Source: Actinomycetota bacterium (GTDB taxonomy: Bacteria; Actinomycetota; Acidimicrobiia; Acidimicrobiales; SZUA-35). From it: a DNA stretch of 64,000 nt. The notes beneath the pieces were generated by a model. The model did no database searches. It was not told the DNA's origin and saw only the letters and a program-made list of their open reading frames with translations. The first letter of the stretch is position 1, and each line of letters begins with the position of its first letter. The stretch spans positions 9,201-73,200 of the forward strand of contig JBCCVL010000003.1 of the NCBI GenBank assembly GCA_039195375.1. Direction: 5' to 3'. This document shows, one piece after another, positions 57,500 to 64,000 of this stretch. The position numbers were made by a program, and so were the translations under genes.

Positions 57500-59473
57500 G
57501 TGACGAGCCCCCCGCCAGACGAGACCGCCCCGTCGGTCGCCGTGCCCGTCCGGGTGCTCCTGGTCGGCCTGTTCCTGGCTGCGCTGGTCGCCGTCATCCC
57601 CGCTGGGTCGGCCGGCGCCGACACCACGGGAGACGATCCCGGGGCCGCACCGACCGTTGCCTCCCGGGTGATCGCAGTCGACGCCGTCGGAACCGAGGTG
57701 GAGACCCTGGTCTTCGCCGCCGACACCGCTCCGGACGCGGTGACCGTGTTCGAGGGCGGCGAGGAGCTGGCTGCGACGACCTCGTCGACCCGTTCCGAGG
57801 CCCGGGAGACCGAGATCGTCTACGTGGTCGACATCGACAACCGCACGGTGGCCAACGGGGTCCTCAACGAGTTGCTCGGCGCCGTCGATGCCGAGGTCGG
57901 CTCGCTCGGGGGAGCCGTCCGGGTCGGCGCCGTGTCGGCCGGGGCCGAGGCCTCGCTCGTCACCCGCCTGACCACGGAGTTCGACAAACCGGTCGACGAG
58001 CTCCGGGCCCTGGCCGTCGAGCAGGGCTCCGCCCTGATCGACGCCGTGATCCTCGCCGGCGCCAGCTTCAGCGACCGAGCCGACGTCGTCCGCACCGTCG
58101 TTGTCCTGACCGCCGGCGTCGACACCGCCTCGGTCGGCACCGTCGCCCAGGCCGAGACCGTCCTGCTCCAGCAGGGGGCCCAGCTCGTCTCGGTCAGCCT
58201 CGGCTCGACCCCGGACGGCCTCGCCCGCCTGGCCGAGCGGACCGGTGGCACGAGCCTGACCGCCGGCGTCGACGCCATGGCCGCTCGGGTCGGCGTGGCG
58301 ACCGGGCTGGCCGCCGACCGGCTGGTCGTGACCTACCCGTCGACGGCCGAGTCCGGCGAGCGTCCCGAAGTGGCGATGACCATCGGCACCGAGACGCTCC
58401 GCTACTCGTACCCGGCCGGCGTCGAGACCGCCAACGTCCTGCAGCTGGTGGCCACGACGGCCGGCGCCGATGACGACGGCGGACTGTTCGGACACCCGAT
58501 CGTGCTCTATCTCTCGATCGCCCTGGCCTTCGTCGCCATCTCGGGTGGTCTCTGGGCGCTCGCCTCGATGTATGCCGGCGGCGAGAGCTCGCTCGACAAG
58601 GTCCTCGCCCGCTACGCCGACCAGGACACGGCCGACCTCGACGACGCCGAGGTCCAGGAGATGCTGGTCCAGACCGCCCTGATCCAGCGGGCGGTGGCCA
58701 TGACCGAGAGCTTCGCCGAGCGGCGGGGCTTCCTCACCCGGGTCGAGGAGATGCTCGAGCGGGCCAACGTGCCGATCCGGGCCGGCGAGGCGATGTTCTT
58801 CCTGTCGATCGGTGTCGTCGCCGCCATCGCCGGCGGTCTCGTCGCAACCGGGAGCCTGTTCGTCGCCGTCCTGCTCGGCCTGTTCGCGGTCGGCATCGGC
58901 TACACCGCCCTGCAGCTGGCCGCCCGTCGGCGGCTCAAGGCCTTCGAGGCGCAGCTCCCCGACACCCTCCAGCTGCTGGCCGGCACCCTCCGGGCCGGTT
59001 ACTCGCTGCCCCAGGGGGTCGACGCCGTCTCCCACGAGATCGACGACCCGATGGGTCACGAGCTCAGGCGGGCGATGACCGAGGCCCAGCTCGGCCGTGA
59101 GCTGGACGAGGCGTTGGCCAACATCGCCGAGCGCCTCGACTCGGGCGACTTCGCCTGGGCGGTCATGGCCATCGGCATCCAGCGCGAGGTCGGCGGCAAC
59201 CTGGCCGAGGTCCTCCTGACCGTGGCCGACACGATGATCCAGCGAGAGCGGCTCAAGCGTGAGGTCAACGCCCTCACCGCCGAAGGCCGGGTCTCCGCCG
59301 CCATCCTGGCCATGCTGCCCCCCGGGCTCGGCGTGGTCATGTGGGTCATGAACCCGTCGTACGTCGGGGTGCTGTTCAGCCGCACCATCGGCCTCGTCCT
59401 CATCGGCCTCGCCGTCGTCAGTGGTCTGATCGGCCTGGCCTGGATGAAGAAGGTGATCACGATCGATGCTTGA
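57500..59473 (+). CDS. tadB: TadB (T2SS-F family) fused to an N-terminal signal peptide + vWA-like domain
   Basis: C-terminal half has LPDTLQLLAGTLRAGYSLPQGV...AERLDSGDFAWAVMAIGIQREVGGNLAEVL...AEGRVSAAILAMLP. The N-terminal ~330 aa have a signal-like TM, IVYVVDIDNRTV and VVVLTAGVDTAS strands. Confidence 0.85.
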   Translation: MTSPPPDETAPSVAVPVRVLLVGLFLAALVAVIPAGSAGADTTGDDPGAAPTVASRVIAVDAVGTEVETLVFAADTAPDAVTVFEGGEELAATTSSTRSEARETEIVYVVDIDNRTVANGVLNELLGAVDAEVGSLGGAVRVGAVSAGAEASLVTRLTTEFDKPVDELRALAVEQGSALIDAVILAGASFSDRADVVRTVVVLTAGVDTASVGTVAQAETVLLQQGAQLVSVSLGSTPDGLARLAERTGGTSLTAGVDAMAARVGVATGLAADRLVVTYPSTAESGERPEVAMTIGTETLRYSYPAGVETANVLQLVATTAGADDDGGLFGHPIVLYLSIALAFVAISGGLWALASMYAGGESSLDKVLARYADQDTADLDDAEVQEMLVQTALIQRAVAMTESFAERRGFLTRVEEMLERANVPIRAGEAMFFLSIGVVAAIAGGLVATGSLFVAVLLGLFAVGIGYTALQLAARRRLKAFEAQLPDTLQLLAGTLRAGYSLPQGVDAVSHEIDDPMGHELRRAMTEAQLGRELDEALANIAERLDSGDFAWAVMAIGIQREVGGNLAEVLLTVADTMIQRERLKREVNALTAEGRVSAAILAMLPPGLGVVMWVMNPSYVGVLFSRTIGLVLIGLAVVSGLIGLAWMKKVITIDA

Positions 59474-60410
59474 CGTCCTGACCTCCTTGCCGGCCGAGGG
59501 GTACGCCGCCGGCCTCGTGGTGGCCGTCGGCCTGGCCGCCTTCGTGTTGATCAACCAGCTCGACGAGCGCAACACGGCCCGAAGCACGCTGCGCCAGCTC
59601 GAGGGCTACCAGGTGGAGAACCAGCGCGACCAGGAGCTCCTGGCCCCGCTGCGGGAGCGCCTCCTCGGCCCCGTCGTCAACGCCTTCTCCCGTCTCGGCG
59701 GGCGCTTCAACCCACCCGACTACGTCGAGTCGATCCGCCGGAAGCACGTGCAGGCCGGCATCTACTCGGCCGACCGGGTCGAGCGCTTCCTGGCCACCCG
59801 GATCCTGTGCTTCGCCCTGGTGCCGTTCTGGCTCGGCTTCGCCTTCGTGCTGAACCCGCTGCAGATGAGCGGGATGCTGCAGCTGGTGCTCGCCGGCGTC
59901 GGCGTTGCCGGCCTGGCGATCGGCCCGAACTCGCGGCTCAACTCCAAGGTCGAGGCCAGGGCCGCCGGTATCCAGCGGTCGTTGGCCGACGTGCTCGACC
60001 TGCTCGTGATCTCCGTCGAAGCCGGGCTCGGCTTCGAACAGGCCGTCGACCGGGTCATCGAGAACGTCCCGGGCGACCTGTCCGACGAGTTCGCCAGGGT
60101 CCTCGGCGAGACCAGCGCCGGCGCCACTCGAGCCGATGCCCTCCGGGGCCTCCAGGAACGGGTGGACCTGCCCGAGATCCGGTCGTTCGTGCTGGCCATG
60201 ATCCAGGCCGACCGGTTCGGCGTCAGCATCGGACGTGTCCTGCGGAGCCAGGCTGACGAGATGCGGATCAAGCGGCGTCAGCTGGCGCAGGAGAAGGCCC
60301 AGAAGGCGCCGGTCAAGATGCTGATCCCGATGGTGTTCTGCATCTTCCCGGCCCTGTTCGTCGTCATCCTCGGGCCGGCACTGATCAACATCTCCGAGTC
60401 GCTGGGCTGA
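59466..60410 (+). CDS. tadC: TadC (T2SS-F family)
   Basis: SLADVLDLLVISVEAGLGFEQAV, RADALRGLQERV, FVLAMIQADRFGVSIGRVLRSQADEMR, KAPVKMLIPMVFCIFPALF. Confidence 0.88.
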   Translation: MLDVLTSLPAEGYAAGLVVAVGLAAFVLINQLDERNTARSTLRQLEGYQVENQRDQELLAPLRERLLGPVVNAFSRLGGRFNPPDYVESIRRKHVQAGIYSADRVERFLATRILCFALVPFWLGFAFVLNPLQMSGMLQLVLAGVGVAGLAIGPNSRLNSKVEARAAGIQRSLADVLDLLVISVEAGLGFEQAVDRVIENVPGDLSDEFARVLGETSAGATRADALRGLQERVDLPEIRSFVLAMIQADRFGVSIGRVLRSQADEMRIKRRQLAQEKAQKAPVKMLIPMVFCIFPALFVVILGPALINISESLG

Positions 60411-60414
60411 ACCG

Positions 60415-61941
60415 GTGGCGTCCCGCCTGCCGGACGGTGGGGACCCGCTCGAGCGGGCACTCGGGGTTGCGTTCGCCCTCGTCGGCTTCGTCGTCGCCGC
60501 CGGGGTGATGACCGACAACAGCCTGCTGACCCACATCGCCACCGGCCGGGTCATCCTCGACACCGGTTCGGTTCCGTCGGTCGACCCGTACTCCCGCTTC
60601 GGGGCCGGTGCGTCCTGGACGGTGCAGAGCTGGCTGGTGAGCGTGGTCTACGCCGCCCTCGACCGGGCCATCGGGCCGGAGGCGATCCGGCTGTTCCACG
60701 GCGTCGTCGGGGGCGCCATCGGCGTCGGTCTGTGGCATCTGTCCCGGCCGGCGACCCAGGTCTCGACCCGGGTGGCGCTGACCGCGCTGCCACTGGCGGT
60801 CGGCGCCGGACTGTGGTCACCCCGGCCGCTGCTGGTCGGCCTGCTGGCGCTCGTGGTTCTGCTGCTCATCGTGACCGGGCGACGGGCGCCGTGGTTGCTG
60901 GTGCCGCTGCTGTGGGTCTGGGGCAACGCACACGGCTCGTACCCCCTCGCCCTGGTCTACCTCGGGGCCGTCGTCGTCGGGTCCTGGCTCGATGGGCGAC
61001 GGGTTCCGTCTGCCGAGCTCCGCTATCTCCGTTGGGGCCTGCTCGGGACGGTTGCGGCCGCCATCGGGCCGCTCGGTGTCGACCTGCTGACGTTCCCGGT
61101 CCGGGTGATCGCCGCCCGGGAGGCCATGACCGGCGTCGTCGAGTGGGAGGCCCCGTCGTACGGCTCCCCGTCCGAGCTCGTGTGGCTCGTCGCCGCCGGG
61201 GCGGCCCTGGTTGCGGCGCGGCGTGGCGCCCGTTGGCGTGACCTGGTGCCCGTCGTCGTGTTCGCCGTCGCCGGCTTCCTGGCCCTCCGCAACCTGGCTC
61301 CGGCCGTCGTGGTCGTCGCCGCATCGGTTGCGCCGGCCTTGGCTCGCACCGAGCCCCGGCCAGCACCGGCCACCGCCGGCGCGACACCCCGGACCGGAGA
61401 CGGTCCGAGGCGGCCGAGCGAGCTGCGGGCCGGACTGGCCCGTGCGATCGGCGTGGCCGGCGCCGTGGCGCTGACCGCCGCCGTCGCCGCCGTCGTCGTC
61501 ACTCCCGCGCTCGACCTCGACCGCTATCCCGCCGACGCCGTCGACGCCATGGAGGCCGCCGGGCTGGTCCCGGCCGACGAGGTCGTCGTGGTGCACCGGG
61601 AGGCGATCGGCAACTACCTCACCTGGCGGTACGGAACCGACGCCCTGGTCTTCGTCGACGACCGGTTCGACTTCCACGACGAGGAGCTGTTGGCGGACCA
61701 TCGCGACCTTCTCGCCGGACGTGATCCAGGACGGATCCTGGACGGTCGCTCGGCCGACGTGGTCCTGTGGGAGTCCGACGCTGCGCTGGCGGCGTGGCTG
61801 GAGGCGTCACCGGAGTGGGCGGTCGTGGCCGACGCCGAGTGGACGGTGGCCTGTCGGCGATCGTCGCCGGTGGCGTCCGGCTGCTCAGGGGTGACGCTCG
61901 CACCGCCACCGGAGCTGGTCGCAGTCGACGGCTCGTCCTGA
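60415..61941 (+). CDS. polytopic membrane protein (about 10 predicted TMs + C-terminal soluble domain), function unknown
   Basis: GTG 60415 lies 4 nt after the tadC stop. Repeated hydrophobic helices, first loop THIATGRVILDTGSVPSVDPYS. Any GT-C-like resemblance is only an impression. Confidence 0.7.
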   Translation: MASRLPDGGDPLERALGVAFALVGFVVAAGVMTDNSLLTHIATGRVILDTGSVPSVDPYSRFGAGASWTVQSWLVSVVYAALDRAIGPEAIRLFHGVVGGAIGVGLWHLSRPATQVSTRVALTALPLAVGAGLWSPRPLLVGLLALVVLLLIVTGRRAPWLLVPLLWVWGNAHGSYPLALVYLGAVVVGSWLDGRRVPSAELRYLRWGLLGTVAAAIGPLGVDLLTFPVRVIAAREAMTGVVEWEAPSYGSPSELVWLVAAGAALVAARRGARWRDLVPVVVFAVAGFLALRNLAPAVVVVAASVAPALARTEPRPAPATAGATPRTGDGPRRPSELRAGLARAIGVAGAVALTAAVAAVVVTPALDLDRYPADAVDAMEAAGLVPADEVVVVHREAIGNYLTWRYGTDALVFVDDRFDFHDEELLADHRDLLAGRDPGRILDGRSADVVLWESDAALAAWLEASPEWAVVADAEWTVACRRSSPVASGCSGVTLAPPPELVAVDGSS

Positions 61942-61948
61942 GCTGGGT

Positions 61949-62482
61949 CTAGGGATCGAGCGGTGGACGGGACTCGTTGCCGTCGTCGTCGGTCGCCTGA
62001 TCGTCCTCGGTCGGTCGCCCGTCCACGTCGACCACGTCTGCCCGGCGGCCGAAACCGGCGGGGCCGCCGGGACCGAACGGGCCGGGTCCGAAGGCCCCGG
62101 CCTCGAAGCGGTTGATGCGAAGCTGCAGGCGTCGGCGGAAGAAGGCGATGACCGGCGGGCGCAGCAGTGCCCGGATGGGTGGGATGAGCAGCGCCAGCCC
62201 GAGCGCATCGGTGAGGAAGCCGGGGGTCAGCATCAGGGCCGAGGCGAAGAAGATCATCGCGCCGTCGGCCAACTCGTCGGTCGGGAGGCGCCCACCCTCG
62301 AGGCTACGACGGACCCGGTTGATGACGCCGATGCCCTCCCGCCGGACCAGCCAGGCCCCGGCGAGGCTCACCCCGATCACGGCGACGATGGCAAGCGGCC
62401 AGCCGAGCTGGCCGGCGACCTGGGTGATCAGCCAGATCTCGATGACGGGGAGGACGATGAAGGCCAGGAACAGCCAGAGCAC
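61949..62482 (-). CDS. fxsA: FxsA-family membrane protein
   Basis: ORF 61949..62644 trimmed to GTG 62482 (VLWLFLAFIVLPVIEIWLI...). LTPGFLTDALGLALLIPPIR. A longer start would collide with the divergent gene at 62574. Confidence 0.8.
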   Translation of the reverse strand: MLWLFLAFIVLPVIEIWLITQVAGQLGWPLAIVAVIGVSLAGAWLVRREGIGVINRVRRSLEGGRLPTDELADGAMIFFASALMLTPGFLTDALGLALLIPPIRALLRPPVIAFFRRRLQLRINRFEAGAFGPGPFGPGGPAGFGRRADVVDVDGRPTEDDQATDDDGNESRPPLDP

Positions 62483-62573
62483 CTCTCCATCGTAGGCTCG
62501 GCTCCCGCTCCCTCGACCTCGGGCCGTGCCGTTTCCAAGGTTGGTCTCAGGTTGCTCGGTCACCGTCGACCCC

Positions 62574-64000
62574 ATGCTCCGAAACTCCCAACCGGTCCGC
62601 CGTCGCATCGCTGCGCTGCTGGCCACCGTCGCCATCGCCGTCACCGCCTGCTCGAACCCGACCGGGGTCGGTTCCCGACCGCCGGTGAGCCAGACCGACG
62701 AGCAGGGTGACTCCGCCGACTCCGCCGACCTCGGACACGGCGGACACGACGGTCATCACGACCACGATCACGACCGCGGTACGGCCGGTCAGACCGGAAC
62801 CGGTCGGGTCGGCCACGACCGAGGCGGTCACGACGGTGGTGGTCACGACGAGGCGACGCACGCCGCCGCCATCGACCTCGTCGACCCCGCCATCGCCACC
62901 GACGTGGCCACCACCTCCGGTCGCTGGGGCGATCCGACGACCTGGCGCGGGGGAGCGATCCCAGCCGACGGCGCCCGGGTCCACATCCCGGCCGACGTGA
63001 CCGTCACCGTCGGCGGCGTGTTCACGCCGGAGATCGAGACCATCGGGGTCGACGGCACCCTCCGGTTCACCCCCGAGGTCGACACCGAGCTCCGGGTCGA
63101 CACGCTCGTCACCACCCCATCCGGCACCCTCGAGATCGGTACCCCCGAGCGGCCGATCGCGGCAGACGTCACCGCCCGCGTCGTCTTCGCCGACGACGGC
63201 CCGATCGACCGCGAGCGGGACCCCTCGCTGCTGTCGCGGGGCGCACTGCTGCACGGCCGCACGGTGGTCCAGGGAGCCGAGGTCACCCACCGCAGCGTGG
63301 TGGCCGCCTTCCCCCGAGCCGGCGACATCACGGTGGAGTTGTCGACGACCGTCGACGGCTGGAAGGTCGGCGACGAGATCGTGATCACCGGCACCAACGG
63401 GCCGACCAGCGACGAGGTGCGCACCGTCGCCGCCGTCTCCGGGACGACGATCACCTTGAGTGAGCCGCTGACCGACGACCACGTGCCCCCGGCCCCGGAC
63501 CTCGAGCTGTACGTGGCCAACCTCAGCCGCAACGTGCAGTTCACGTCGGAGAACACCGACATCGACCGTCGCGGCCACGTGATGATCATGCACACCCTCG
63601 ACGCATCGATCCGGGGGGCCCGGTTCACCGACCTCGGTCGCACCGACAAGTCGCGGCCGCTCGACGACGTCGAGTTCATCGACATGGAACCGGGCGCCGT
63701 CGGCTGGGAGGGCGGGTTCGAGCGGCTCGGCGGCAGCAACGTCCGCGGCCGCTACTCGGTCCACGTCCATCGTGGTGGCGCCGACCCGTCGCTGGCGCCG
63801 GCCGTCATCGCCGACAGCGTCGTCACCGGCGATCCCGGCTGGGCCTTCACCAACCACAGCAGCCACGTCGACTTCCTGCGCAACGTGAGTTACGACACCG
63901 CCGGCTCCGGCTTCTTCACCGAGGCCGGCGACGAAACCGGCCGATGGGTCGACAACATCGCCATCCGTACCGTCATGCCGACCTTCGAGCTCGACGACGC
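62574..64000 (+). CDS. G8-domain / beta-helix lipoprotein with His/Asp-rich tract (partial, runs off the window)
   Basis: Not in the ORF track because no stop falls inside the window; hand-translated. MLRNSQPVRRRIAALLATVAIAVTAC lipobox, GHGGHDGHHDHDHD...GHDRGGHDGGGHDE, then G8-like WGDPTTWRGGAIPADGARVHIPADVTV...IGVDGTLRF...TLEIGT. Confidence 0.7.
   Translation, partial: MLRNSQPVRRRIAALLATVAIAVTACSNPTGVGSRPPVSQTDEQGDSADSADLGHGGHDGHHDHDHDRGTAGQTGTGRVGHDRGGHDGGGHDEATHAAAIDLVDPAIATDVATTSGRWGDPTTWRGGAIPADGARVHIPADVTVTVGGVFTPEIETIGVDGTLRFTPEVDTELRVDTLVTTPSGTLEIGTPERPIAADVTARVVFADDGPIDRERDPSLLSRGALLHGRTVVQGAEVTHRSVVAAFPRAGDITVELSTTVDGWKVGDEIVITGTNGPTSDEVRTVAAVSGTTITLSEPLTDDHVPPAPDLELYVANLSRNVQFTSENTDIDRRGHVMIMHTLDASIRGARFTDLGRTDKSRPLDDVEFIDMEPGAVGWEGGFERLGGSNVRGRYSVHVHRGGADPSLAPAVIADSVVTGDPGWAFTNHSSHVDFLRNVSYDTAGSGFFTEAGDETGRWVDNIAIRTVMPTFELDD

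Noticed and set aside
57434-59587. 717-aa minus-strand ORF across the tad region
   Set aside because: It is antisense to tadB, which has clear T2SS-F motifs. The antisense product has no recognisable domain.
62573-62576. ATG 62575 (minus) as the fxsA start
   Set aside because: It shares the CATG tetranucleotide with the start of the divergent lipoprotein gene, which would leave no promoter space. FxsA homologs begin directly with the first TM, which matches GTG 62482.
62547-63866. 439-aa and 298-aa minus-strand ORFs near the window end
   Set aside because: The plus strand in this interval translates into a lipobox-bearing G8/beta-helix-like protein with an open frame to the window edge. The minus-strand ORFs are its shadows.

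Overview
Very GC-rich chromosomal segment that reads as core genome of an actinobacterium. The evidence is a mycothiol synthase gene (mshD), a SigH/RshA-type (SigR/RsrA-type) sigma/anti-sigma pair, pdtaR-polA-rpsA synteny, and frequent GTGA/ATGA start-stop overlaps. Gene content in order: (1) 0-12.4 kb, a cell-envelope/exopolysaccharide locus with glycosyltransferases, two Wzz/BY-kinase-type proteins, rfbF, a sulfatase, two initiating phosphoglycosyl transferases, an LMW tyrosine phosphatase and a Dpm1-like GT2. (2) menG, a secreted alpha/beta hydrolase, rlmN and mshD. (3) hisD-hisC-hisB-hisH-hisA-hisF. (4) A dispersed trp cluster (trpE ... trpC-trpF-trpB-trpA) interrupted by ygfZ, a two-component system and an ABM protein. 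(5) leuA, sigH-rshA, a Nudix hydrolase and hup. (6) A divergent LLM oxidoreductase/TetR pair, then a complete type II FAS operon (fabD-fabH-fabG-acpP-fabF-fabZ). (7) tRNA-Leu(CAA), an ANTAR response regulator, polA, a methyltransferase and rpsA. (8) A Tad/Flp-type pilus assembly locus (cpaB-tadZ-tadA-tadB-tadC) plus a co-oriented polytopic membrane protein, then fxsA and a partial G8-domain lipoprotein. I saw no rRNA, CRISPR array, transposase/integrase, prophage or recognisable defence system, so I cannot support a claim of a large novel system. The observations most worth follow-up are smaller. They are a 4 x 29-bp tandem repeat between hisB and hisH that builds a relay of overlapping mini-ORFs, an orphan terminator-bearing 6C-like sRNA candidate, a FabD with a lysine-less biotinyl-like C-terminal domain, a TadB fused to a vWA-like N-terminal domain in a Tad locus with no pilin gene, a degenerate BY-kinase paralog, and a GGAAT-N18-GTT autoregulatory promoter at the sigma factor gene. 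All coordinates come from hand translation and counting. Start codons are the least certain part.
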